Assembly (NCBI GenBank): GCA_947449575.1
Contig: CANFRV010000001.1
Location: forward strand, 89,121 to 153,120
Length of the DNA stretch: 64,000 nt
From: Flavobacteriales bacterium
GTDB lineage: Bacteria; Bacteroidota; Bacteroidia; Flavobacteriales_D; Crocinitomicaceae
Direction of reading: 5' to 3'
The translations under genes and the position numbers were made by a program. Positions 30,073-40,306 of the stretch are shown in pieces. Within the stretch, counting starts at the first letter, position 1. Every line of letters begins with the position of its first letter. Below the pieces are notes generated by a model. That model saw only the letters and a program-made list of their open reading frames with translations, was not told the origin of the DNA and did not search any database.

Positions 30073-30330
30073 GTCTTAGCGCTACAAATACAATGTGCTT
30101 CTTGAATCATCCATCTAGAGCAATTTGCTATGGTTGGATACTTGGTTTTCTAAATTTGATTCATTTTTTGAAGGTGAGAACGAATTAAAAGCAAAAAGTA
30201 GCACCCAAAATATGGCTTCAGGGCAATTTTTAAAAATGTGTGAAGTAAGGCCTGACAATAAAAAATAGTTCCTACAACTTTTAATTATTTTACCATTAGG
30301 TAAATTTTGTTTAGTCGACGAGGGAAGTTG

Positions 30331-30828
30331 CTAACTAGTTTTTCTTCTTTTAATTTTTCGAATACTATGGTGCTTATACTCATTTGATACCACACTGATA
30401 TTTCCATCCGCCTCCAAAATAACACTATTTACTTCATCCACGGAATCACTACCGTGCTCTCGAATCGTTTCTAATATTTCATCTTCTGTAATCCCTACTT
30501 TTCTACAGTTTGCTTTATTAATAACCCCTTTATAGACTAGAATAACGGGCTCCCCTTCCATAAATTTCTTAAAAATTGGAAACCTGTACTTAATTCTCTT
30601 GAGCACCATATTAATAAAAAACAAAACACTTGCAGCCACTAAACCTCCTAAAAGCGAAGTGTCAGGTCCCACCATTGCATTTTGAACGGCATTACTGATC
30701 AATAAAACGAACACTAAGTCTGTAATAGACAATTGAGCCAATTCTGTTTTCCCGAATATTCTAAATACGATCATTATGAAAAAAAAGACGGCTGAAGTAC
30801 TTAAAATTATATGCAAATAGCTGTTCAT
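30331..30828 (-). CDS. DUF421 (YetF-like) membrane protein
   Basis: Three N-terminal TM helices with LSITDLVFVLLISNAVQNAM, plus a soluble C-terminal domain. Confidence 0.68.
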   Translation of the reverse strand: MNSYLHIILSTSAVFFFIMIVFRIFGKTELAQLSITDLVFVLLISNAVQNAMVGPDTSLLGGLVAASVLFFINMVLKRIKYRFPIFKKFMEGEPVILVYKGVINKANCRKVGITEDEILETIREHGSDSVDEVNSVILEADGNISVVSNEYKHHSIRKIKRRKTS

Positions 30829-30871
30829 AAAGAAATCTTTTTAGAAAAATGAAACGACAGAAAACAAAGAC

Positions 30872-31432
30872 TTATTTCTTTTCACAAGTATACACAAAAG
30901 CAGGAGGAACGTTTAGGGGCGTAAATGCAATTGTGACCTCATCAAAAGTTGATGTAAGAAGCTTCTTTGCTTGCGTAGAGTATTGAAATTGAATATATTT
31001 CCCTGTATTCTTTAATATTTTATAGGAGTTAGTGATAATCGTTTCTCTTACTACTTGCGGGAAATTAAATAATGGTAAGGAGGAAACAACCACATCAGCA
31101 TTTTGAATATTATTTATTTTCAAATACTCTTCTATTTTTTCCGCACTATCTGCAACGAAAATAGCCCTTTTGTCATCAATATCCCTTTTAAGAATTTTTA
31201 TAAATTGCTCATTCAATTCAAAAATGATAAGCACCGCATCCGGCGCCATTTTTTTTAATAGTTCATGGGTAAAAACACCTGTGCCTGGTCCTAGTTCAAC
31301 AATTACTTTTGAGTTTTCGAAATCAATATTTTGAAGCATTTTTTTCATTAAAAAACGTGAGCTTGGACGAACAGATCCAACCATTTTACTTTCTTTGAAA
31401 AATTGAGATATAAATGAGTATTTTTTTGGCAT
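30872..31432 (-). CDS. Class I SAM-dependent methyltransferase
   Basis: Motif I VVELGPGTGVFT. The N-terminal VGSVRPSSRFL resembles the small phospholipid/rRNA-adenine methyltransferase-like group. Confidence 0.68.
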   Translation of the reverse strand: MPKKYSFISQFFKESKMVGSVRPSSRFLMKKMLQNIDFENSKVIVELGPGTGVFTHELLKKMAPDAVLIIFELNEQFIKILKRDIDDKRAIFVADSAEKIEEYLKINNIQNADVVVSSLPLFNFPQVVRETIITNSYKILKNTGKYIQFQYSTQAKKLLTSTFDEVTIAFTPLNVPPAFVYTCEKK

Positions 31433-31438
31433 TGGTTA

Positions 31439-32698
31439 TTATTGTTTTATCGCTAAGTTACCTTTATTTATGATTGCAACAACATTTCCAGTAAATTCTT
31501 GATTAATAAACGGGGTGTTGGTTGTTGCAGATATAATGTCCTCTTTTGTGAAAATCCATTTCATGGTGGGACTAAAAATAGTTAAGTCCGCCTGCGAATT
31601 AATTTCAATAGGGTGATTTTTAATATCTAAAATTGTTCTAGCATTTGTGGTAATTGCCTTTATAACAACTTGTAAATCAAATTCTTTAGTTAGATTTAGG
31701 GCGCTGAAATTTGTTTGTAACGTAATATTTCCGAAAGAAGCATTGTCAAATTCAACGTCTTTTTCTTCTTTGTCGTAAGGTCTGTGGTCAGAAACGATAG
31801 TATCAATTGTACCATCTTTTAAACCCTCCCATAGCGCTTTTCTATCAGTTTCACGACGAAGTGGAGGCATTAGTTTGAAATTTGAATCAAATTCTAGCAC
31901 AGCTGTTTCATTAAAGATTAAATGAGAAACATGCACATCAGCAGTGATAGACAATCCTTTCAATTTAGCTTTTCGAATCAAGGAAACACTTTCTGCACAA
32001 GAAATTCCCGTCATGTGAAGAGTCCCTTCCGTATATTCCACTAAACGTATATTTCTTTCTACCTGTATAATTTCTGCGATGGTTGGATCCGCTTTCAAGC
32101 CTGTTTTCATGGAAGCCTCTCCTTCATTTACCATTCCCTTTCCAGCCATAGCGGAATCTCTGGAGAAAGCGATAATTTTTCCTCCGAAATTTTTACTATA
32201 TAGCAAGGCTCTGTACATTATGCCGGAATTGACAGGTTCCAAATCATCGGTAAATAATTTCACTCCAGCTTGATACATATCAAACATTTCAGAAAGATTT
32301 TCTCCGTTCATTTTCTCCGTAATAGTTCCAAGAGGATACAAACTAGTCACTTCATTTTCTGCTTTGTGCAGTGCATAGTATACTTGTGATTTCCCATCCA
32401 CAACAGGGTTGGTACTGGGAAGCATTGCTACGTGAGTATATCCGCCAAATGCAGCAGCTTGAAGTCCTGTTTCGATGGTTTCTTTATGCTCATTTCCAGG
32501 ATCACAAAAACTAGCTTTTAAATCAACCCAGCCCTGAGAAACATATAAGTTTTCTCCTGATATAACTTTAGCGGACTCATGGCTCAAAGATGAATCTATT
32601 GCTGTAATAATTCCATTTTCTATCAATAAATCCATTTGCTTTCCATCAAAAGTAGATTGATTGTCAAGAATTCGAGCTTGTTTGATAAGAATTTTCAT
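31439..32698 (-). CDS. Dihydroorotase-like amidohydrolase-fold protein lacking the HxH metal-binding motif (probably non-catalytic)
   Basis: [44 protein letters not shown] aligns to the canonical GFVDLHVHFREPG..KETIETG..AA..GGYT.V..MPNT.P, but HVH is replaced by KAS. The start at Met 32698 avoids overlap with the upstream gene. Confidence 0.75.
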   Translation of the reverse strand: MKILIKQARILDNQSTFDGKQMDLLIENGIITAIDSSLSHESAKVISGENLYVSQGWVDLKASFCDPGNEHKETIETGLQAAAFGGYTHVAMLPSTNPVVDGKSQVYYALHKAENEVTSLYPLGTITEKMNGENLSEMFDMYQAGVKLFTDDLEPVNSGIMYRALLYSKNFGGKIIAFSRDSAMAGKGMVNEGEASMKTGLKADPTIAEIIQVERNIRLVEYTEGTLHMTGISCAESVSLIRKAKLKGLSITADVHVSHLIFNETAVLEFDSNFKLMPPLRRETDRKALWEGLKDGTIDTIVSDHRPYDKEEKDVEFDNASFGNITLQTNFSALNLTKEFDLQVVIKAITTNARTILDIKNHPIEINSQADLTIFSPTMKWIFTKEDIISATTNTPFINQEFTGNVVAIINKGNLAIKQ

Positions 32699-32721
32699 TT
32701 TACAGTGATTTTTTTGTCTAA

Positions 32722-34776
32722 TTAATTTTTCCAAAATTTCAATAATGCAATTTCAATAAGTATAAAAATAAGAGCTAGAATGATAAATCTTCTCCAATAT
32801 TCATAGGGTTTTTCTAAATCAATTTTTGTTAAGCTTTGACCTTCTGAAATTTCTGAAAGTGTAATATTTTTAATACCTTGCGCTTCGAATAATGCAGTGA
32901 TTTCATTCTTTTTATAGGATTCAATTACTGACTCTTTTCGATTGTAGTTTAAGGAAATCACTCCTTTAATGGACTCATCCATGACTGAATATGTCCCAGA
33001 CTTTAAATTTTCCACAGCTTCTAATCCACTTAATGATAAATAGGTAATTGAACCTTTTATTTCAGTTTGTGGGATAAAATCAATGTCTTTATTTTTTAAA
33101 TGTACAGGTGATTCGTTTTTTAATTTTGAAAAAATCGGGAAACGAGAATCAGTACCAATAATTAAAGAAAGTGGCAATTTTCGTTTGCTTAATTCAGCAG
33201 TTCTTAATAGAATTGTACTGAACAAAGCATTGGAGGTAAAACTTCCATATGCGGGAGATAGTGAACTTGTGTATAAAAATACATTAAATGAACCCAAAGA
33301 ACGAAGATAAAGAGGACTGCCATTTTGAAGGTAGATTAGCCCAATTGATTGCGAAGAATTAACAGTGTTGGTGCGGTATGCCTTTGCAACGGTAGGTAAA
33401 TTTAAATTTTCAGGATTTTTCTCAAATACAGATTTAAAAAAAGGATCTTCAAAATTGATTTCTTTAATTTTTACGCCTTCAGAGAAAACAGTACCAAGTG
33501 TGGGCATTTTTAAAGTGCTTAGGAAAGAATTCCATCCACTTGAAGGTAAAAGATCTTCACCGGGGAACAAAGCAAGTGATCCACCTTCTTTTGCATATGC
33601 TGCTAGGTCATCACCCAAACCAGATGTAATATCTTTCGCTCCATTAATAATGACCAAGTCTTTTTCTAAAAGCAACTCATTTGTAAAACTGTTTTGACTA
33701 ATTTCTTTCACGGAGTAAAAATTATCAAGGCTATAAACCAAAGGAATTCCGTTCGAAGCATTCTCACCATTAATAATTAAGACATTTGCTTTCTTAGCGA
33801 CAGTATAACTGAAAAAATATTCATCGTCAAAGAAAAATTGTTTGTCGTTGATACTTACTTTTCCTTGCTTGAAACCCTCATTTTTTTCCGTAAAATTGAT
33901 GATGGTTAACGTCTTGTCATTAGAAGGAATATCTAGAAAAACATCTCTCTTCATCGTGCCAACCTCAAGATGCAATTCTACATTCGTCAAATCTTGATCA
34001 CCATAATTGCGAACACGAACGTTTAGTTCATTATTTTCTCCAATTTTTTGAACGGGTGATGTGAACCAAACAGAGTCAATAAAAATATTAGAGGACTCTA
34101 TAGGCTTCAATTTTATTGGATAGTAAAATGATTCTTGATCTGCTTTTAATTTAGTAAGGTCAGAGGAGTTTTTTTGAAAGTCAGAAAAGATTATAAATTG
34201 TTTAACACCAATCTTTTGTTTTGTATCATGTTCATTTTGAATTACTTTTTTTTCCCATTCTAGGACATCAGCAATATTTCGAACCATTGAACTTATCTCA
34301 ATTTTATCTAATCTTTCTAAAGCGTCAACTTTCGTAACCAATCTCTGTTCAATTCCACTTAGCGCATTTGTGACCAGCATAAAACGTGTATCTAGGCTCG
34401 CTTCAGTAATCATTTTTCTTGCCATTTCTCGCGCTTCAGAAATTAGTTCACCTTCAGTCCCCTTCATTGACATTGAAAAAGAATTATCGATATAGATGGC
34501 AATTACTGGTTTCCCACCTGTTGATTTATCTTTCGCTGCTGGTATATAGGGTTGAGCAAATCCAATAATTAAAAACGAAAATGCAAGTATACGCGCCAAT
34601 AAAACCAAAAGATGTTTCAATTTTTGTGTCGATCGTGTCTGTTGATCAACGAATTGAAGAAATTTTAAACTGGAGAAATAAAGTACTTTATATTTTCTAA
34701 AATTGAATAAATGGATTATCACTGGTATTAAAAGAACACCAAAAGCCCAGAGAAATTCAGGATACACAAACTTCAT
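32722..34776 (-). CDS. BatA-N-domain (N-terminal double-transmembrane) protein, large extracytoplasmic region
   Basis: The N-terminus [28 protein letters not shown] matches the aerotolerance-regulator N-terminal domain pattern. A second TM follows and there is a C-terminal TM anchor. Confidence 0.68.
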   Translation of the reverse strand: MKFVYPEFLWAFGVLLIPVIIHLFNFRKYKVLYFSSLKFLQFVDQQTRSTQKLKHLLVLLARILAFSFLIIGFAQPYIPAAKDKSTGGKPVIAIYIDNSFSMSMKGTEGELISEAREMARKMITEASLDTRFMLVTNALSGIEQRLVTKVDALERLDKIEISSMVRNIADVLEWEKKVIQNEHDTKQKIGVKQFIIFSDFQKNSSDLTKLKADQESFYYPIKLKPIESSNIFIDSVWFTSPVQKIGENNELNVRVRNYGDQDLTNVELHLEVGTMKRDVFLDIPSNDKTLTIINFTEKNEGFKQGKVSINDKQFFFDDEYFFSYTVAKKANVLIINGENASNGIPLVYSLDNFYSVKEISQNSFTNELLLEKDLVIINGAKDITSGLGDDLAAYAKEGGSLALFPGEDLLPSSGWNSFLSTLKMPTLGTVFSEGVKIKEINFEDPFFKSVFEKNPENLNLPTVAKAYRTNTVNSSQSIGLIYLQNGSPLYLRSLGSFNVFLYTSSLSPAYGSFTSNALFSTILLRTAELSKRKLPLSLIIGTDSRFPIFSKLKNESPVHLKNKDIDFIPQTEIKGSITYLSLSGLEAVENLKSGTYSVMDESIKGVISLNYNRKESVIESYKKNEITALFEAQGIKNITLSEISEGQSLTKIDLEKPYEYWRRFIILALIFILIEIALLKFWKN

Positions 34777-34860
34777 GATTCAAAGATAATCAAATTAGGT
34801 AAAAGACAATCAATTTTAAGTATTACTTTAGGACCTAGCGTTACTTGTTTCACTGAAATA

Positions 34861-35406
34861 TTACTTCCAAATCCAATTCATTTCATCGTTCCACGGTATG
34901 TCTTGTTTATCTGCGATGGCCGTCAGTTCCACTAGTAAATTATCTGACGATGGTATTGAATACGTTGGGATAATGATCGATTGACCTCCCGTCACTTTTA
35001 AAAAGCAATAGTCCGTTAATTCGTTGATTTCTACTATTTCAGAAAAACCTATCACGGATTCGCCTTTTGTGTCTGAAATGAGCAAAGCGTCGCTCTTAAT
35101 TTCAAGAGTTGTCGGTTCTGAAATTCGATCTTTATAAAATTTCTTCACGTGTTTTAAATAGGTCTTTTTATAATTCCATCGGGTGTAAAGAGGCATGAAC
35201 AAAAATGCTAAAACCGCTAAAATTGAAAAATAAATAGTTTGCCCTGGTGAATTATTCCCGAATGATATGCAGGCAAAAATCACTAGAAAAAGAGTCATCA
35301 TCACTCGAATTTTCGCTCTTGTTTTAGTGGCGGAAGAAGACTTCGAAATAGTGTAGAGCACGTGTGTATGGTAATCTTCTTCTTCTAATTTATATGTGTA
35401 AATCAT
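34861..35406 (-). CDS. YcxB-like membrane protein
   Basis: Two central TM helices and a C-terminal ...CFLKVTGGQSIIIPTYSIP segment typical of YcxB-like proteins. 22 nt downstream of the preceding gene. Confidence 0.5.
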   Translation of the reverse strand: MIYTYKLEEEDYHTHVLYTISKSSSATKTRAKIRVMMTLFLVIFACISFGNNSPGQTIYFSILAVLAFLFMPLYTRWNYKKTYLKHVKKFYKDRISEPTTLEIKSDALLISDTKGESVIGFSEIVEINELTDYCFLKVTGGQSIIIPTYSIPSSDNLLVELTAIADKQDIPWNDEMNWIWK

Positions 35407-35428
35407 TCTTGAAATCTTGATTAGTCAA

Positions 35429-35923
35429 TTAAAACGCTACATTCCAACGAGGTAATGATTTGTTTTCATCCATGAACTTTTGCAAAATTAAACCTTCAAC
35501 ATAGGTTGGGATATGCTTTGTCTTTGCATTGAATGTTTCATACCAGTGAACTTCTAATGAATCAATATTTTCTTTTTTCATTTGAATAGGCCAAGCAGTT
35601 CGTCGTGAAAGTTTTCCAAATTGCTGTCCGTTTACAAGTCGGTCATAAATTCCCCCAACTCTATGTTTAATTTCACCATTCGTATGAACTGTTCCCGTTG
35701 AACCAACAAATAATAATTCTTTTTCATCTCCAGAAACGGCGTACACCAAGTAAATTCCGCTTCCGTCCTGAGGAGCGTTACACACTTCACTTAGATCACT
35801 TTCATTATTGAAGATGAAATGATTATGATTTTTATATTTCGTTAATTCTTTGAACATTGGTGTGAATTTCTTAGTAAAATAATAAATTGAAGGTATTTTT
35901 TTTGCCCTATGCATACGTTTCAA
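35429..35923 (-). CDS. Hypothetical protein with GIY-YIG nuclease-like motif set
   Basis: GIYLVY-x13-FVGSTG, then HRVGG..R, YVEGLIL (Glu) and RWN (Asn), in the order expected for a GIY-YIG fold. The start is ambiguous (Met at 35923, 35914 or 35857). Confidence 0.45.
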   Translation of the reverse strand: MKRMHRAKKIPSIYYFTKKFTPMFKELTKYKNHNHFIFNNESDLSEVCNAPQDGSGIYLVYAVSGDEKELLFVGSTGTVHTNGEIKHRVGGIYDRLVNGQQFGKLSRRTAWPIQMKKENIDSLEVHWYETFNAKTKHIPTYVEGLILQKFMDENKSLPRWNVAF

Positions 35924-35931
35924 TCGGCGAA

Positions 35932-35939
35932 CAAAGATA
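35932..35939 (-). promoter_or_regulatory. Candidate -7 promoter box (TATCTTTG) for the GIY-YIG-like/YcxB-like pair
   Basis: Exact TAnnTTTG match on the - strand, immediately upstream of the first ATG at 35923. Confidence 0.35.
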
Positions 35940-36028
35940 GTTCTTTTTGATTTAATTGTTGGAGGTAGACGTTTTTATTACTGAAATAAGTGAAAAGCAA
36001 AAAGAGTTTTTATTGAATTACCAGAGGA

Positions 36029-37828
36029 TTAATTACTCTCAATAATCTCTTTCCAAGCTCTCTCAGCTGCTGCTACTCCATTTTTTGAACTGATATACGT
36101 ATTTAATAATTTAATTTCATTGCACTGGTACTGAGGCTCTGGTAAAACAGGTACTTCAATCAATTTTATTCCCTTGTTTTCTTTCATGCAGAATGAAAAA
36201 TAAGTTGTAAAATCTTGGACGGTTGAACAAATTTTAGCTTCGCCACCATAGCAAGAAATTAATTTCTGAACGTCAAAATCTTTGGAAGAACAATTGTATA
36301 TTTCTGCATCACTATTTTTTCCGAGATGAAATATATTATTGCGCATATAGATGATGGTAATATTTAGTTCATCTTTCATGAAATGTATGAGTTCATTTAG
36401 TTGAAAATGGAAACCGCCATCTCCCGTAATTACAACTGCGGCATCATTTGATTTTTTTACTTTTAACACTTCACAAAGAGCTCTAGCATAAGGTAAAGAA
36501 GTTCCCATTGCTCCGTACCAAGCATTGCAAATCCAACCTCTTCCAATTTCAGATTTTTTTATTTTCAGACTGTAACTAGCGAAGTAGGAGTTGCCAACTT
36601 CAGGTAAATAGATACAAGGTTGATCCGTTTTATCTTGAATTGAATTTAATACGTTTGTTAAATTGTGAAAATCTACTTTATCGTGGGCTAAAAGTTGAGG
36701 CGATTCTTGAGTATTAAATTCAAATTCAAAGGGTTGTATCTCGCTTTTTAATAATTTTTCAAATATTTCTAGTAGATCTTTTTGTAATTTACTAGTTCCT
36801 TTTAATAATGTCTTAGTAGGAAAAGTGCTTAATTTATGTGTTCCTGTATCAAAAGCCATATTGGCATCCATTTGAAAAATACTTGTTGCCACTTCAATCA
36901 CATAATCCGCTTCCTTGTCAATGTATTTTCGATGATGTAAGTCACTAAAAACACCATTATAAGCCCCTAGACTCAGAGGGTGATAATCATCTAAAATTCC
37001 TTTTGCAAACCAACTTGAAACAAATGGGATATTATTTTTTTCGCAAAATTGAAGAATTAAATCGATTAATTTTTTATTTAATTTGAGTGCTGCTCCAAAA
37101 TAAATCAGGGGTTTTTTTGAAACTTTTAATTTAGCAAGAATGTTTTTTACAATAAAATCCCCTGAAGCAAAGGATGTTAAATCGGTATTTAGTTGATTTT
37201 TATCGATTGGTAGAACTATCGCCTGTGTTTTTTTAAATACGATATCCCTGGGTATTTCAATAAATACAGGTTCGTTGTGTGTAAACGCATGCGAAACCAA
37301 TTTAAAAAAGTGTTCTCCAGCTAGGTCAGGTTGTCCTTTTGTTCTCTCTCCTTGCAATCTTTCAGACCGAATTCCTAATTCTTTGAAACTATTTAAACAT
37401 GCGTCGTATTCAACATTCCATGATGAAAAAGACGTGACTGTATGGTGAATTGCAGTTCTCCCGATTTCACTTTCGCCTGGCGCGCCTGAAATAAATATAA
37501 CGGGAAGGTTTTCACTTTTCGCCAATGCTATTGCGCTCGCACAAGGGAGACTTCCTACGGTATAAGTCATTATGCAACAGCCTATTCCTTCGATTTCCGC
37601 TTGTCCGCAAGCTGAAAAAGCGGCATGCATTTCATTACTGGAAGGTAATAATTGAAAATCAGCTTCGAACGCCTTTATCAGATTTACAGCAAAGTCCCCA
37701 CCAATTCCGTACATCCTTTCAATAGAAAAAAAACTCAAGGTTTTAACCATGCTTTCCGCAAGGGTGGGAAGGGAGTCATAGAACTCTTGTCCTAAGTCCG
37801 AACTATTCGTTTCTGTAAGTGTTGTCAT
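36029..37828 (-). CDS. Thiamine-pyrophosphate-dependent 2-keto-acid decarboxylase family enzyme (IpdC/PDC-like)
   Basis: The N-terminal PYR domain has the catalytic Glu context (SSNEMHAAF), GAPGESEIG and AIHHT. The TPP-binding motif is GDGGFHFQLNE-x18-NN. Confidence 0.8.
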   Translation of the reverse strand: MTTLTETNSSDLGQEFYDSLPTLAESMVKTLSFFSIERMYGIGGDFAVNLIKAFEADFQLLPSSNEMHAAFSACGQAEIEGIGCCIMTYTVGSLPCASAIALAKSENLPVIFISGAPGESEIGRTAIHHTVTSFSSWNVEYDACLNSFKELGIRSERLQGERTKGQPDLAGEHFFKLVSHAFTHNEPVFIEIPRDIVFKKTQAIVLPIDKNQLNTDLTSFASGDFIVKNILAKLKVSKKPLIYFGAALKLNKKLIDLILQFCEKNNIPFVSSWFAKGILDDYHPLSLGAYNGVFSDLHHRKYIDKEADYVIEVATSIFQMDANMAFDTGTHKLSTFPTKTLLKGTSKLQKDLLEIFEKLLKSEIQPFEFEFNTQESPQLLAHDKVDFHNLTNVLNSIQDKTDQPCIYLPEVGNSYFASYSLKIKKSEIGRGWICNAWYGAMGTSLPYARALCEVLKVKKSNDAAVVITGDGGFHFQLNELIHFMKDELNITIIYMRNNIFHLGKNSDAEIYNCSSKDFDVQKLISCYGGEAKICSTVQDFTTYFSFCMKENKGIKLIEVPVLPEPQYQCNEIKLLNTYISSKNGVAAAERAWKEIIESN

Positions 37829-37887
37829 TTTTTTTATTAAAAAAGTAAGCGGCAGAAATAGTTACAATAAATAAGAAATTGGAAGGA

Positions 37888-37895
37888 CAAAAGTA
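37888..37895 (-). promoter_or_regulatory. Candidate -7 promoter box (TACTTTTG) for the TPP-enzyme gene
   Basis: Exact TAnnTTTG match on the - strand, 60 nt upstream of the ATG at 37828. Confidence 0.35.
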
Positions 37896-38156
37896 GTTCA
37901 GGATAAAAGAGAGTAGTATGATTATAATCATCTTATTAAAGATTATTCATCATAAATTTAGATCAGAGGAAGGTATATAATTTACTTATATTTTAGAATT
38001 AAACAGAAAGCTTAGATTTATTGAAATACAGCGACATACAACCGATAAAGTATTTAATTACAATATTTTATAGGTTGTAATTAGTTAAATACAGATAAAA
38101 GTTTGAGTGAAATAAAATTGTCTTAAAAAGAAATAATATTCTATTTATGTACCTCT

Positions 38157-38615
38157 TTATTTTACTCCTAAAATTTGATTAGCGCCAAGCAGCCAAGCTC
38201 CTGGACCACCTGCAACGTAACCAGTGCTTCCTATTTTTTCTAAGTTGATTTTTTCTCCTGATTTTGAAGGTTTAACAAACCAAACCGTAGGATATCCCTT
38301 TATCTCAAACATTTGACTTAATGTTACATTTTGATTTTTAATCGATTCTGATTGAGGAGTATTTCTCGGGAAATCTAATTCTACCAAGACCACTTTTTCT
38401 TGCGCCCACGATTTAAAATCGACTTGCTTAAAGACTTCATTTTGTAAACGAACACACCATCCACACCAATCACTTCCAGTAAAAAAAAGCATGATTACTT
38501 TATGTTCTTTTTCAGCTCTTTCAACGGCTTTCGACATGTCAGTTTCCCAAGATAACTCTTGCGCATTCAATGAAATAGTACTGAAAGCTAATAGTATGAA
38601 TAATAATTTTTTCAT
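38157..38615 (-). CDS. Exported thioredoxin-fold protein (CxxC)
   Basis: Signal peptide and the FTGSDWCGWC redox motif. 152 aa. Confidence 0.75.
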   Translation of the reverse strand: MKKLLFILLAFSTISLNAQELSWETDMSKAVERAEKEHKVIMLFFTGSDWCGWCVRLQNEVFKQVDFKSWAQEKVVLVELDFPRNTPQSESIKNQNVTLSQMFEIKGYPTVWFVKPSKSGEKINLEKIGSTGYVAGGPGAWLLGANQILGVK

Positions 38616-38839
38616 TTTTCTTATGTTATTATATGATCAAATTTATAATAATTATTTAAGTAAGAGCAGTTTCTTTTATAGAATTAACATTTGAATTTAT
38701 AATTAGATGTCATTTGTATTACAACTAAAGTAATTATGACGTTTTTTGATTCAATTTAATCTTTCACTGGTTTTACTATAGATAAGTCTTAGAAAAAAAG
38801 TATTTTTAATTTAAATATTTGAAAATCCAAAAAAAATCT

Positions 38840-38847
38840 TAATTTTG
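38840..38847 (+). promoter_or_regulatory. Candidate -7 promoter box (TAATTTTG)
   Basis: Exact TAnnTTTG match 20 nt upstream of the TTG start at 38867. Confidence 0.35.
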
Positions 38848-38866
38848 ACCTTCAAAAATTAAAAAA

Positions 38867-40306
38867 TTGAGCAAAGTAATTGAAACCACAGATTCAAAAC
38901 AGATTGAATTTCGTAAGCCTAAAAAGAAGCGCAGCCTTATAGCAAAGGTTTTTCGTTTTCTCTATTTCACCGTGCTACATTTATTAGCAGCTGGTGCTTT
39001 ATTTGCTATCGCTACTGCTATGGCTGTTCATTTTAAATGGACAAACACTGAAGGTGCGGTGGATTTGAATAGCCGCTATTTTTCTCAAATGGCCGATAAA
39101 TATAATCAAGGTTTTAAAACGGACAGTTCTTCAGTTGCGAAAAATGAATACATGCTCTTTCGACAAATCGGTGTTTTGGCTAAATACTATCCAAACAATG
39201 CAAAGACCATCATGGCATCTTATGAAAAGAATAAAGATGCAGTGGTTGCGCTTAGAATGATAGATGCCGTCAATTTGTGCATGATCAAGAATACAGCGTA
39301 CCAGAAAGAAATTGCTGAAATTAAATGGGATAAAGATGTCGAAGCAAAATCTATTTTTGCCTGGTCTAATTATAAAGAATGGAAAGAGTTTTGTAAAGTC
39401 ATCAAAGCAGATAAAAAAGCGATTGATTCTGTTGCAAAGATCACAGGTGTTGAGGCGCGTATGATCGTAATGTGTTTGGTGGGTGAGCAAGTTCGAATGT
39501 TTAATTCTGGACGGGAAAAATTTAAGAAATATGTGGTGCCTTTTAATCGATTAATTTTACCAACAAATAGAGGGTATGGAGTGACTGGGATATTACAACA
39601 TACAGCTTTAAGAATTGAACGTAATTTATTTGATAAATCGAGTAAATTTTATGCGGGTCCATACTTTGAAAAATGTTTGAATACCAAAGACGCTTTTCCA
39701 GAATTGGTAGTTGACTCAATTGCAGCTCATAAATCACTTACGATTCAGCGCTTAATTAAAAGAGGAGACCATTTTTATTCTTATTTATATACTGCTTTTT
39801 TTCTACGCCAATTTCAAGCGCATTGGGAAAGAGAAGGATTTTCACTATCAAATCGTCCAGAAATTTTAGGGACTTTGTATAATTTAGGGTATCAAAAAAG
39901 TGTACCAAAAAATAATCCCAATGTTGGAGGATCTAATTTTATTGTAGGAAATAAAGATTATACCTTTGGAGGATTGTGTTATGAATTCTATTATAGTGGT
40001 GAATTACAAGATTTATTTCCACTTACTGGTCGAGGATTTATACCAGTTGAAGAACTTGAAGGTAAGAATAAGAATCTCGATAAAGTAGTGAAAGATCGGG
40101 AGAAAGATGAAGAATTATTACAGAAAGAAAAAAGAGAGAAGAAAGCAAAGCAGGAGAAAGAAGCTAAGAGGCTAAAGGAATTAGAAGGTGAAAACACAAT
40201 TCCTGCACAAAAGGAAATTATTCCTACCGTGCCAGTGCAAAAGGAAATTGCACCTGTTCCTGCTAAAAAGGAGATTGTACCAGTTCCTGTGAAGAAGGAA
40301 TTGTAA
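38867..40306 (+). CDS. Membrane-anchored hypothetical protein with a possible lysozyme-like (GH23/SLT-like) core, K/E-rich segment and C-terminal 9-aa tandem repeats
   Basis: N-terminal TM (FRFLYFTVLHLLAAGALFAIATAMAV). Motif order VGEQ ... GVTGILQHTAL ... LYNLGY resembles ES...GLMQ...AYNAG. The tail is AQKEIIPTVP/VQKEIAPVP/AKKEIVPVP/VKKEL. TTG start. Confidence 0.6.
   Translation: MSKVIETTDSKQIEFRKPKKKRSLIAKVFRFLYFTVLHLLAAGALFAIATAMAVHFKWTNTEGAVDLNSRYFSQMADKYNQGFKTDSSSVAKNEYMLFRQIGVLAKYYPNNAKTIMASYEKNKDAVVALRMIDAVNLCMIKNTAYQKEIAEIKWDKDVEAKSIFAWSNYKEWKEFCKVIKADKKAIDSVAKITGVEARMIVMCLVGEQVRMFNSGREKFKKYVVPFNRLILPTNRGYGVTGILQHTALRIERNLFDKSSKFYAGPYFEKCLNTKDAFPELVVDSIAAHKSLTIQRLIKRGDHFYSYLYTAFFLRQFQAHWEREGFSLSNRPEILGTLYNLGYQKSVPKNNPNVGGSNFIVGNKDYTFGGLCYEFYYSGELQDLFPLTGRGFIPVEELEGKNKNLDKVVKDREKDEELLQKEKREKKAKQEKEAKRLKELEGENTIPAQKEIIPTVPVQKEIAPVPAKKEIVPVPVKKEL

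Noticed and set aside
30073-30330. 258-bp convergent gap after proC examined for an ncRNA or small ORF (e.g. an 18-aa ORF at about 30214-30270)
   Set aside because: No stable stem-loops, no known RNA motifs recognised, and the ORF is too short to support.
37918-37931. Perfect 14-bp palindrome ATGATTATAATCAT taken as a definite operator
   Set aside because: In a genome this AT-rich, roughly ten perfect 14-bp palindromes are expected by chance in 64 kb. It is kept only as a supporting note within the TPP-enzyme finding.
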